Of a stretch of 64,000 bases of DNA, positions 14,938 to 27,014 are shown piece after piece. The notes under the pieces are model-generated. The model saw only the letters and a program-made list of their open reading frames with translations, made no database searches and was not told the origin of the DNA. The translations under genes were made by a program, and so were the position numbers. The DNA lies in contig JASANG010001402.1 in NCBI GenBank assembly GCA_030248215.1, positions 62,001-126,000 of the forward strand, read 5' to 3'. Origin of the DNA: Enoplolaimus lenunculus. Lineage: Eukaryota. Positions within the stretch are counted from its first letter, which is position 1. Every line of letters starts with the position of its first letter.

Positions 14938-14991
14938 TTGTTGTTGATCACGACGCAGCCACTCGAATTGACTAGTACTCTGACCCGCCAT
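1..14991 (-). CDS. Large TRIM/RBCC-family protein (RING, B-box1, B-box2, coiled coil; TIF1/bonus- or TRIM-NHL-like N-terminus) with polyQ tracts and a long low-complexity C-terminal region; 3'-partial
   Basis: Ten exons with GT-AG introns and matching phases: 14991-14505 (ATG MAGQSTS, polyQ, RING half CVAC...RLLPCLHVACVGC), 13696-13497 (CTRC; B-box1 CSSC...CRQCEDNLCDECVAAHER), 12955-12773 (B-box2 CIAH...CLDC...CCVNC...H..H), 11921-11751, 10900-10778, 9859-9660 (helical/coiled-coil-like), 8199-8145, 7517-7216, 6402-4424 (polyQ), 3985-<1. Total 7685 nt. The frame at 3983 matches the open frame at positions 59-1. Confidence 0.88.
1290..2765 (-). repeat. Coding tandem array of 27-bp units (consensus peptide EVANQNASG) with a 189-bp (7-unit) higher-order repeat
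   Basis: Plus-strand unit gccagacgcattctgattggctacttc. The landmark atgcattctc recurs at about 1682, 1871, 2060, 2222, 2411 and 2600 (spacings 189, 189, 162, 189, 189). Confidence 0.9.
3445..3600 (-). repeat. Coding 42-bp (14-aa) tandem repeat, about 4 copies
   Basis: gattctgactgg-like motif at 3445, 3487, 3529 and 3571. Confidence 0.75.
4690..6300 (-). repeat. Interrupted CAA/CAG polyglutamine tracts in the TRIM exon
   Basis: (TTG/CTG)n on the plus strand; Q-rich translation in ORF 4416..6566. Confidence 0.95.
10359..10731. mobile_element. hAT-like MITE (tagggatgtgcc termini) in a TRIM intron; a related partial inverted copy ends near 16256
   Basis: Termini tagggatgtgcc / ggcacatccgta. 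Flanks caattaag / caataaag (8-bp TSD with one mismatch). Confidence 0.65.
12258..12538. repeat. Intronic tandem duplication, two units of about 130-150 bp
   Basis: cagcatacct.gctaaatttcac...cgactgctagta.gtgaaa and ttctcaaaatg.gta.agcacctgtcaccag.tgatctta each occur twice. Confidence 0.75.
13878..14274. mobile_element. hAT-like MITE (CAGGGTGCAACCGG termini, ccggtt-rich)
   Basis: TIR cagggtgcaaccggaatt / aattccggttgcaccctg. Perfect 8-bp TSD cctgtgta at 13870-13877 and 14275-14282. Confidence 0.88.
14655..14945 (-). repeat. N-terminal polyglutamine tract (CAA-dominated) preceding the RING domain
   Basis: (TTG)n on the plus strand, in frame with ATG 14991 and the RING cysteines. Confidence 0.92.
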
Positions 14992-17311
14992 AACTATACA
15001 CAACCACCGCTTGAACGTTAGCCTGTATCTGAATTTTGTTGCTATCAATTTATTTTCGCTAAGACATAACTATTTATATATTATATACATAATCTAAAAT
15101 TCAACGAATTTATCTGAATATTTTGTTCCATATTTTCACATCACAACTTAACTGACTGCTTGAATCACAGCAAACCCAAGGATTTTAAAAAATAAAAACT
15201 GCTAATGCAAGCTGCCTGGTATACTAGCCATATTACATTCCACAAACGGGTCTTTCCGGTAATCCCTCTCCAACCTGCGTTTGCCAAAAATGGTTGAATT
15301 TTGAAATTTTTTTGCATATTTGAACTTCTCATGACTCCGTGACCTTTCGTGCTTATTCCACGCCTTCCACGCCTACATTTTAATTTTTGAAAAATTCGAT
15401 TTTTAAGGTCTTACGGTCCTCCTTTTAATACCCAAAAAATATTTGTCAAAAAGTTTGCCAAATTATATATCAGTCGATGCAACTTGAAGAGCTAAGTCGA
15501 ACGGTGTTAAATTTTCCGTTATCATACGGTTGGTTAACCTATTATGGTCAAATAACTGATTTGGTGCCATCTGAAATCGTTGGCAGCGCGCCAAATGAGT
15601 TATTTGCCAATAATTCGTTAACCAATCGTTTAAATGCGAGAAAAATTAACGCCACTGGAGTCAACTCCACAAGCTGCATCAAATGATATATAAATTGTCA
15701 AACTTTTTGACAAAAATTTTTTTTTGGGTCCCAAGTTGGGCATCTTCAAAAAAGGGGCACATATTCAAAAAACACATATAGCACCAATCATCCAGTTAGT
15801 GATAAATTTCCAAACTCACAAACTCTTGTATATCAACAATGTGCTCAATTTCCAAGTTCGCCACTCTCTGATTCGAAAGTTACAACAGCTATCACCAACT
15901 GGTACCACGTACTACACACATTAACGAATACGAACGGACAAAAAAACGTCTATAGGATACTAAATTACATCATTATATACATACTTAAATCCTAACCATC
16001 ATAAACGATTAGAATTTTATAACAACAGTTCATTTCAATTAATTTTTTCAAACACAAACGCCAAAGAAATAACAGTTTTCGCGAAAAGACACACAGATAT
16101 GCGCCCAGAAATGAAACTGGTAGCATTTCAATTGACTGTTATATATGCAAAAAGTATCGGCACAGAATCGGCAATTTTTTAGCAGTGCCGATGCCGATGC
16201 CAATACTCACGAAAAGTGTCGATTATTACCGATGCCGATTAATCGGCACATCCCTGATTCAAACCATGAAAATTGCGAAACATTCCAAACAAATACGAGC
16301 TAGAAAAACTAAAAAATACATAATTCATACATCATAAGCGTTTAAAACAATTGTATGCTATTCATTATATACAACCGCTACACAACATTGTGCATATTTT
16401 CTTTCTTGCTGCGCAATGTGGCTATAAGTTCTACCAAGAGTAGATGATCACAACAGTGTGCAACTCGCTAGGTTAGCACGCATTGTGTTTTTGCCCTGCG
16501 CTTTCCGAACCAACCACCCCCCGGCGTCCATAAGATCCCTACGAATGGGGTGGAAGGGCTATAGAAAATACCACCAGTGCAGGGTTCCAACAGGAACTAA
16601 ATTTTGCCAAGAACAGGAATAGGAACAGGAATTGAATTTCTTCGCAGGAACCGGAACAGGAACCGGAATTTGATATAATTTTCATCATTGAATTATCAGC
16701 TATATATTTCATCATCAACTTTTGTTAAAACACAAAAAGAAACAGTTTATTAACAAAATTGAAGTAATTGCAAAAACACTCACGTCGAAATAACAATTTG
16801 CAATATTTAAATGATTACAAATAATTTGCCACAAAACCGTAAAAAAATTTCCCGTTCCTGCATCTTTGAATGCAGGAACAGGAAGAACTGAATTTTTGCA
16901 CGAATTCCGGTTGAACCATGCAATATTGATATAAAAGTTTTTGACTGATCAGTTCTAAACTCGAAGGTGTGTTTGTTCGTCCCCTCGGTCAAAATACCCC
17001 ACAACAGCAAAAATAAACTACGCACATCATAGGACCACCGGCATCATTTAATCAAAATCCATTCGCGTACTATGCTTACTTGGCTAAACCTTAAAACTGA
17101 AACGGCCCACATAGGTAAATGTCCCAAACGTGACCTATTCGACAAATTTTTGTATATTTCGGTTTCTCGTGCTCTTATCTGACCATTAATCATTTAAATT
17201 TCAATTTTTTTTTCAAAAAAATGGCTTAATAGCCCCAAAGGACTGAAGATGTGTATACTCAACAGCATTCAACCAAGCTTGACAAAAAATTCGACAGGTC
17301 CCATGGGGAAC

Positions 17312-17565
17312 TGTCAGAACTGCATGGTCGGGACGACCCCTTTCCCGTAAAGTACTGCGAATATAATTGGTCTTCCCCTTAATTTATCCGACAGATATGA
17401 CCACGCCGGGAATCGAACCTCGGACCTCTCGCTCGCGAGTCAAGCGCGCTACCCATTACACCACGCGGCCGATATCCTAATTTTTTCTGGTGGTATACGT
17501 GCACGTGTATGTATATGTCTTAACATTACACACTCTGCACATACACAAGTCGCGTATACTCACAG
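17312..17565 (-). mobile_element. Dispersed repeat with an internal tRNA-like cassette (SINE-like)
   Basis: Minus strand, about 17470-17398: GGCCGCGTGGTGTAATGGGTAGCGCGCTTGACTCGCGAGCGAGAGGTCCGAGGTTCGATTCCCGGCGTGGTCA (A box, B box, acceptor stem; broken T stem). Both flanks are shared with the copy at 36712-36925. Confidence 0.75.
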
Positions 17566-19799
17566 GAACCATGTATTATTTAGAAAAATGAATTTTTTCA
17601 ATAATTAACATTCGGCTGTGAAAAACTGACGAAAGCTTATGACATCAAACTATATATTCTACGAAACGGCGAAAACTGGTAAATACCGGTCAGGTGTAAC
17701 CAGAAAAAGGTCCTTGGGAGCCAAAATTGTGTCCCGGCAGGAAAGTATATATCATACCACCAAATCGACCAAGCTCCACACCGAAGGCTTCTGTGAAAAC
17801 TAATCATCTGCATTTTAGTTTAATTACAGACCAACAACACTGAACATAAATCAACGAATACCGGACGCTCAATTACAAAACAGCCGCATATTCAGCAGCG
17901 GCGTGCGTAAGTACATATGTCGCAGACCAATCTGCTACTCAGGGCAATTACTAATTGTATTATAGGGTCAATCTGCTCCGCTGAGCCCACAACAGTTTGT
18001 CCCGACGAAACAGCAATTGTGAGATGTAGCTAAACAACAGTGATATAAAAGCAACGCTGATTGGTTATCGTTATTTTGTTTGATTAAATAATTAAACCTG
18101 ATTGGTCCAAAAGTTCAATCGCAGTTTAGCCTAGACCAATCTGCTATTTCATAAAATATCAGACTGGCCAAGGCCAATTAGTAATTGGACTGAATAACAG
18201 CACGAATTGGAGTCTCGGCCTCGACAACTCTATTTGGCACGTCTCGGACTCGGTTTCTAGTCTCGGTAGTTTGGAACCGAGACCAGAAGCCGCGGATTGT
18301 AGCAAATCGCTCTACTGTTGAAGTAAGTAATGCCTGATGAATAAAACTTCGCTGTCGATCTATGAATTTTCATGCTTCCGCAATAACTATGAGCCTATAT
18401 TCTGAAAAATACGACAAAAACTAAGCAAAATCTATTAGAAATAATTTAGTTTGAAAATTTTGATTTCTTTTCGATAATGACCAAAAATTGACCAAGACCG
18501 ACGCTTTTTATGGCAGGTCTTGGCAGTCACATCTTAGTCTTGGTTTTTAACGGAGACCGTCCAACCCTAATAGCAGATTGGCCTATGACACATGGACAGA
18601 TTATCGCAACCGCAGTTCCACATGTTATAGTGAAACGAGAAAAACTGTCAAGAAATTGGATATTAAAATTTCACAAGATTCACACCCCACAAACGGCAAC
18701 TTATCTATCAAAGTGCAAACGCAAACACTTCTTCCACGGTGGGGGCTGACTGAATTTCTTCGGGAACACACACATCCCTTACCCGGGCCCGTAGACAAGG
18801 GGGGGGGGCTTAGCCAGCCCTGGTAAATTTTTTGTATCCTAGAAAATTTTCAACCGAGCGTGTAAAGTATACGAAAACGCGTGTAGACCCCTCCTGAAAA
18901 ATTGTTAGCCCCCCTAGCAAGGTAAGCTGGCTACGGGCCTGCTCCTGCCCCGCTTGAAAAAATTAATTCGCCGTTTAAATTTGACTCTTGGCCGGATGCG
19001 ATCTTGGCCGAGTTGACAGCCCGCAGCCCGCTCAGCGGTCGAGTTCGGCGTTATATGTTTAATTTGATAAATTCCTAACCGAAATTTTTACAACATCTGC
19101 TACAAAATTCATGCGTATGTTAATACTTTTAAACTACAATTCGACGACAATAATTAATACTGTCCGAAATGCGTTAAACTATATATATACAACATATAAT
19201 ATTATACAAACGCGTCAAATCTAGACACAACAGGTGAATCCAGGGGGGGCCTATAGGCGTCAAACCCCCGTTTCTGATTGTGATCCAAACGTTTCAGGAG
19301 CGGTTTCAATTGCTAACACCAGAAACAACCTTCGAAATTATTCTACAACGAAGCCACTGTCTACAATCCTAACTACACCTACACTTAGATTCATATACAA
19401 ACTGATTTACGTTATATACACGATACATAACACTAGAAAAACGTTAACACCAGCGTTACAATCATTGACATTTCAATTCAATCTACATAAACGCTGACTA
19501 TCAGCAAAGCGTATACAAATGAGTTCAGCAAGCTTTGTTCTCATCCGCAGGACGAGAATGATCGCATACCGAAGCCTGATCGGACCTGTTGAGTTGTCTG
19601 ACGATGCCAGTAATAAACACTTACTTACATACTTACTTACCCGTTAAAATTCACTGAGACATTCACCAATAGCATCCTTGATGACAGAAGCCAACCAAAT
19701 TTGCTCGCTCGCGTATTCGCGCCGATCGTACAAACTTTAAAATTCCCGCCTGCTATCCGTCAAGGTCGTCCAAACGGCCGAGGCATTGGAGAACGGCGA

Positions 19800-19936
19800 T
19801 CCCCGCCAAATTTGGCGGGTGCCCCACCAAATTTGGCGGGTGCCCCACCAAATTTGGCGGGTGCCCCACCAAATTTGGCGGGTGCCCCACCAAATTTGGC
19901 GGGTGCCCCACCAAATTTGGTGGGTGCTCCTCCAAA
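19800..19936. repeat. 21-bp quasi-palindromic minisatellite (ccccaccaaatttggcgggtg), about 6.5 copies
   Basis: Directly visible. It lies between aaggtcgtcc (about 19762) and ggacgacccta (about 20029-20039), which resemble short TIRs. Confidence 0.9.
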
Positions 19937-20398
19937 TAGACTCTTGTCTAAAAGTAAACAATGTTGAATTGCAATTGTAGGGGATCACCCAAAATTATTC
20001 CGTGCCCCTCTTAAATATAATTTTCTGCGGACGACCCTACGTCCGGCCATTAACTTCTCGACGCCTTCCTGCACGCTTTATAACTTTAGTTTAACAAATA
20101 CAGCGAATTTTAATACTGCATACAAATCGTCGAGTTGAAAATAAGCTATTTTTATTACATGAACGTTATTTGATAACGACAACAGAAGATTAAAAACAGT
20201 CTAAAATCATGCGATAGTGTCACTACTCTCATACGAAAATCCAACAGGCGAAAATACAACACGAACGCGTCTATTAGTAAGGTATATGCTATGGCTCAAT
20301 GGAGGGATAGAAGGGATAGATCCATTGCAAAAAAACCTTTTGGACACATAAAAAAGCAAAATTAACACGCTTCACAATAAGCTTATGGATCCATAGAG

Positions 20399-20830
20399 CA
20401 GGGTGCGACCGAAATTACAATATACTGCAACCGGAACGGGAATTTGAAAAAAACTACCGGAACCAGAAAATGAAAAATACATGCCACCGAAAAATTCATT
20501 TTAATTATTTTCTGCAATATTATTGGTGAAAGAATCCTAGTTGGAGATAGATATTAACATTATATGCTAGATTTTTGATGTTCATAATTCACAGAAGCAA
20601 AATCTACCTTCGACGGTTTATTTTCGGCGAATGTCAAGGTTTGCATGTTATACTAATAAAATTAATTTAATTTTTATCGTCATTGGTTAGTAAAATATCT
20701 TAATTTCCACCGACCAAATTTTAATACCGTAATTTTTAATTCCGGTAAAAACTAACCGGAACCGGGAGGTGAAAAAATGCCGGAACCGGAAGGTGAAAAA
20801 TGCCGGAACCGGAATTCCGGTGGCACCCTG
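20399..20830. mobile_element. hAT-like MITE, same family as 13878-14274, opposite orientation
   Basis: Termini cagggtgcgaccg / ccggtggcaccctg. Perfect 8-bp TSD ccatagag at 20391-20398 and 20831-20838. The internal ccggaaccgg...gtgaaaaaatgccgg is the reverse complement of the 13.9 kb copy. Confidence 0.88.
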
Positions 20831-21867
20831 CCATAGAGGAAGAGTAGCCATCACGGGGGGCTACATTCATCAAATCGTACCCTTTTGAAATTTTTGCTCA
20901 GGGGTTTTCAGACACGACGGTATCATTTTTGCAACACTAGAACACCCTCTAAAATTCTATGAAGCATACCACCTTTCCAAAACTATCGCTTTATATTAGG
21001 TTATCACTTCCGAAAGGAAAATTTGCCTACACGGTAACCCTGGCAGCAGTTAAAATATGATAAACTGTAGGCTTCTGTGCAATTGTAAACCTCACCTCAA
21101 AAGCTATAAGAACCAACTTCGAATACCCACAGCAGTCAGCTACGTTACCTCTGCACCTTGCCACATAGATGGAATAGATTAAGAGATGAAGACGGCGGCT
21201 CATGTTACTTTAAGGGGCGTCCAGGTTTCTGTTGGATCTATAAAAGAGTAGGTTTAAATTCTAGATTATATTTGTTTCCGTAGGCTCACGCTTAACGCTT
21301 AGGCTAATGCTTAAGCTTAAAAGTTCAGACGGAATATTTATGTAATGCCATCCATTGTTCAGTAGGCAATGTGAAGCAGTCTCAAAGTTATCTTTTCCCC
21401 ATAGCGATCTCGCACCTCGCCCAAAGGAACGATTACCAACTACCTTGTTTGTTTCTCCTTAAAATTTATCATACTCAGACAACTATTACGGTTTTAGTTA
21501 ATTTTCAGACAAAATTTACCGACAACATCGTTATTAACGATATATAATTAATTATCCAAAAACTGATGGCATATCCAACCTCAAAATGGCTTTCCATTAA
21601 TAAGAACCAGGTTAAAGAGTTGAAAAGAAAGCTACACTCAAAAGCTCAACGCTTCATTTATACAGAAACTACGTCACTACTCTACACAACAAAACGCATG
21701 ACTAGTGAGTATGTCTATAATATATCTCAGAAGCAAAAGGATCATGAAAGCTTTTTCCATGGCGGTAAAGAGCGATATTTTTGGGACGATATGTGTACAC
21801 CGAAATTTGGAATTATACCAGTCGTAGTGGGACTACATTTATTGAGTGAAGCTCGAACACACGTAAG

Positions 21868-22278
21868 CAATTAAGGTAATGTGCAAATTAGTTATTAGCT
21901 AACTATTAATTTATCGGTTTTGGAGGTTTGTAAGCAATTTCCTCAGATGCCTCGCACTCAAAAACCCTTCAGCCACCCTAATAATTTTTGGAATAATTTA
22001 AAAAGTCCTAATTTTGTCTTGTCAATTAAGCTAATATGCAAATTAGCTATTAGCTAACTATTCAATTATCGGCTTTGGAGATTTGTAAACAATTTATTTA
22101 AATTCCTCGCACCCAAAAACCTTCAGTAAACCCTAATAATTATTGAAATAATTTAAAAAAGCCTTGTTTTGTCTTGTCAATTAAAATAATATGCAAATTA
22201 GCTATTAGCTAACTATTCAATTATCGGTTTTGGATGTTTGTAAACTATTTATTCAAATTTCTCGCACCTAAAAACCCG
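21868..22278. repeat. 155-bp tandem repeat, about 2.7 copies
   Basis: caattaa..taat.tgcaaattag.tattagctaactatt at 21868, 22023 and 22178. Confidence 0.85.
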
Positions 22279-25200
22279 TTAGTGCTAAGAGCGCTTAGAA
22301 CATGATGAAAAAACCATTTCGATTTCTTGGAAGGGAAATGGCAAACTAATAATTTTTAGGGCAGGATGCCAAGTGGAACTGGATTATACCGGTATCGGAA
22401 TCGGAACTGCAAATTTATGCCGGAATCGTATCGGAACTACAAATTTTGTAACTGTACGAATAATTTATATTGACAAATATATTAATATTAATTGCAGAGT
22501 AAGATTTAAATTGAAATTCCGAAATTCCGATTCCTATTAACTGTGCAATCGGAATCGTACACGTAATCAGATCTCGTTTTGAATCGGAATTTTAACCGGA
22601 TCGGAATTCCGGTTGTAGCCTGATAAAACGATATCCAAGGGCGAAAACAAGCTTTAGTGTAAAGTTTCCGCAGGGAAAATGCCAAGCTAGTAATTTTTCC
22701 GGGGGGTGGGCGAAATCCCGATGGAGGAAAAATTAAACGATAGCAACCGCAGTTCATTCGATTTCTACCAAAATAAACACCTATTTCGCATTCGCAGCCA
22801 AAAGCCAACTTATAAACTTTAAAATCAAATGCAAAACTTTAAATAAAATGTAATAATCTTTGAATTGATAAGAATCCAGCAAAAAGCCAATATAAAAACA
22901 AACACATTCACACATTTCATAGTTCTGCTGATAAGAAATTACACACATAAGCTGGAGTAAAACTAACACAAATTAATAATTCCAAAATAAATATAAATCT
23001 GCATTCAAATATTACATTCAAGATGTACCTAAACGGATAGTAAAAATAACGGAAACAGATATTGAAGAATAAACGTTTCAAAGATTTTTTTATTTTTCTA
23101 CCAATACAATTGAGGCGTGCAAATATTCACCGGGCTTTCTAAAACTTTAAAGAAAAAGATGCATAGTAGATGAATTCCTCCGTAACTTTTATTTCATTTC
23201 AAACAATCGCAGCATATCACAAATGAAAATTGTGATATATACCTGTTTAATAACTAAATTTAAGCCTAAAAAGAACTAAATTTCCATTATTTCTATAACG
23301 GAAAGGCACCCGATTTTTACCGAAAACTGATATCCGGTTACACCCTGACTACAATAAAAATCATCAGATAACACCAGTACGAGACACGTTAGCAACCAAC
23401 AGGATTGCAACCAACCCAAAATCTAGTCGGAACCGAAATATGATTTTGTTGCGGAGCAGGAACCCATCTTGCCTACCGAAAACGATCAGTTTTCGTCATT
23501 TAAAAAACGGACTGAGAGCAAACAATACCTGAAACAGAAAAGTTGAAGTTCCCTAGCAATCGGAATCTATTGCGCCCAAACACAAGTGCAAACGAAATCT
23601 ATTCAACGAAATTGCGATTAGTCAAAAACGCAATCCAAAAGCAATACTTTACTTCAAACAAAATAAACTATATAAGCATAGGTACAAGATAATGACACAA
23701 ATATAAACAGGTCAAAACAACCGTATTATTCGTCCCGGTCTCATTAAGTTACGAAAAACTGACCTCTACTAATTTTTGCTAAAGGCGACATCTGATTCTA
23801 CGTATTCGTACAAAACCTAAGCGCAAATCTTAAGCTAACTAAGAGATAATTTACAACCATTTAAATTAATGTAGTCTGCTTGCTTAAACCAACATGAAAT
23901 ATCGAGCTTAAGTGTTTTATAGCAATGATTTATCTAACCCAAATAAAAAAGAATAAACCGCGGCCCTCAGTTATAAATGAGCGAAAAAGTAATAAACATT
24001 GTATTCAAAACAATAAAGACACTTAAAATATAAATTTGAAGCAGATATGACTGAAATAGCAACAACAAAATAATATTATTAATTCAAACACAAATCAGAC
24101 AAGAAGGCACTCAAGATCACGCGGCTGTGTGCAATTTTGAAGCTGCGAAAAACGTTCATGTGGAGCCAAACACTGAAATTTGCTGCTGGACGATAACGAA
24201 CGCACAAATTGTCGGTCAGCTGCTTTAATCGCGAATCTTATGTCTAAGATGCAGCAAAACGAAACATCCGAAAAAATTAGATCCAGCAAAATTTATAGAA
24301 TCACAACATTTTCGAAAAAATACCTAAATTTTAGTTTCAATTTTATTTAGAATTTTATTCAATTTTACCAACAGTGGATGATGCCCACCTACCAAAGAGT
24401 GCGCAACTGACGCGGTAGTGCATGGCACAAAAAGTGTACCAGCACGCGTTACATTTTTGCTCGACCCCCCCATTCATTTGGAGTGGGAGTAGTCACCACT
24501 TAAACTACATATTAAACCATAGGAGTTAAAATATAATCGGAGCGGGCGCGGTCTGTTACCGTACATCACCGTGCGGTATCGTACGTTAACTACTCACGTA
24601 CCATACCGTATGGTGACGGACGGCACCGCACGACAAATATAGCGCCACCCTTAGTCCAGCATACCGGAAACCGAAACTAAACGTTGAGGTTATGTTCCAG
24701 ATCCAGCATTGTCTGCATTTTAACGGTTCCTTCAACTATTTACCCACCCATACTATATGAATAAAATACAAACATCAGAAGACGGTCACAATGAGCAAAA
24801 CGCAAATTTAAGCATAAAACCATATATTAGGCACGTGATGAAATCACCATGAAATACTAGGCAAAAGCAACAAGCATGAAACGACAAAAATTCAAAAAAC
24901 AAAACAAAATGTATGCATTTTAAAATAAATTCGCTGATTTGAAACAATTTATTTCATCAAAACAATAAGAATCACACTTCGAAACAACTAAACGAATACC
25001 AAGAGATGCGCTAAACTTTTAAACCACACCCCTATGTTAGCATTTGTAAGATACGTACAACGCTTAAACATGGCCAAATTAAAATGCGCTTTTTCCCAAC
25101 ATTTAACCAGACCTTAAACCCCGCGCGTACAAAAGTTTGGTCCATGTAAAGATCAGGGGCAGAACGTTTTTCGGTGGGACTGCAATAGAGTAAGCTTAAG

Positions 25201-27014
25201 CTTTAAACTAATTTTTTTACCTTGGCTTCGGCTTAGGCTTAGGAATATGCTCACTCTTACGGTTACGTTTATGCCAGGCTTAGGCTTAGGCTTAGGAATA
25301 TGCTTATAATACTGTTCCGTTCCTATTCTTTTCATCGGCCAAAAGTTGTAACCAGTGCTGGCAATTTCAAGAACTTTTTACAAATCTTAACATATCCAAA
25401 TATGATTTAGTTAAACTTCAAAAGCTGTAAAACTTAGAAGCACAAAATTGTATGCTCCCACAACACCGCGACATCTTGAACCTGTGAGTGGTTTAAATCC
25501 GATGACATAATAAAAACTATCATAACAGGGTAGAATGATCATCTTACAATCCAGTTACCTCACTGATAATCTACTTACCGCTCGACGTAGTCCGAAAGCA
25601 AACCATTGGTCAACAAGCAACAACGTTCAAAGAAACACAACACAACAAAGAAAATAAAAAACAGCAAAAAACAAAATACAAAAATAAGGCTTCGTTTTAA
25701 ATTAATCTTCAGCACAAAAACTACGTATAATTAGCTATGTGAGTAAATTTTACAAAAGTTAAAATTCCGAGCTAACGCAGTGCGATATAGAGCCCCCTTA
25801 CAAAAATCTGCTGTAGACACCATCAAATGAAAGCTCCCGAAATAAGGATTCGAGAATGAAAAAGGAAAAAAGCATTTGTGTAGTGAAAGTACGGTCACTT
25901 TTCCTACATCAACGGTTCCAATAAAAACCAGAAACAAACTTTTTTGTGACTTGCGGTACACCTGTGAATCGATCCTTTCACTGCAATACAAAATAAACTT
26001 TTCAATATAAATCGCTTAGAACTTCCAGTTTCCGACGGTGCTCAACTTAAATGTGTTTGAGTTCCCTTTTGAAACAAATCACGCCGCGGTCACGTTAGCT
26101 TATTTGATTTTACCGCCGAACAAAGGAAAATCAAACCCCAAGAATAATTAGACTCTCGTCTCATCATAACGCAACACGTCAGAAATAGCCGCAAGAGTTA
26201 ATAATTAAGAACGGCTCTATGATCTAATTACAACCTATAGATGTATATACCGTTGTCAACAGTTGGTGAATTGAATAAAAATCAAAAATATTTCCAAATT
26301 CATACCAATCAACAGTATATTTCAATTTATATCGCACATCCAACACAGGAAGCGTCCATATACCAAACAATAACGGAGCAGGCATCAGATAACCACTGTG
26401 CCGATACTGAATATTAAGTATATTATACTCAGGGGCGGTCGCAAGGGTAGGGAAGACGGGAAGGTCGGCTGCCCCCCTCTCCGAGAAATTTTTTTTCCAA
26501 ACAAATTTTTAGAAAAAAAAACGCAAATTTAATTCATGGTCTAAAAAATATATAATAATATCTAAAAAGCCCGCAACCCGAAAAAATCCTGGGACCGCCA
26601 ATGATTAAACTATAAAAAAATTTCAACTCGACGGAACTCAAATTACTAAGTAATTATACAAAATAGTGTAATTTTGTGTTCAAGCAGTTTTTCAGCACTG
26701 ACTGTGATTATTAGACTACTTGCCTAATTCAGTCACAGCTCACAAAATCCTCTGTAACTAAAAGCATGGTTACGATCTATCAGAATAAACGTAAATCTTA
26801 CCTAAGACAAAGCTAAACAGCTACCAACCGAATATATACGCACTAGAGCTCAAACATTTTTTCTAACAAACGATGACAGCAGTCTAAAATTCATTTAATC
26901 AATCTTTCCTCGTTCGGGCTACCAAAAATCCTATTTGTGCCCAGTAAGCCTGAGACAAATAGATTGTAGTCACGGTATCAGCTGTAGTTCAACGAATCAA
27001 TTTGAGCAACAAAA

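Noticed and set aside
17398..17470. Functional tRNA-Ala(CGC) gene
   Set aside because: The T stem and anticodon stem are mismatched, and a sister copy with shared flanks has a different anticodon. It is better explained as a repeat.
19800..19936. CRISPR-like array
   Set aside because: The units are directly adjacent with no unique spacers, the context is eukaryotic, and there are no cas genes.
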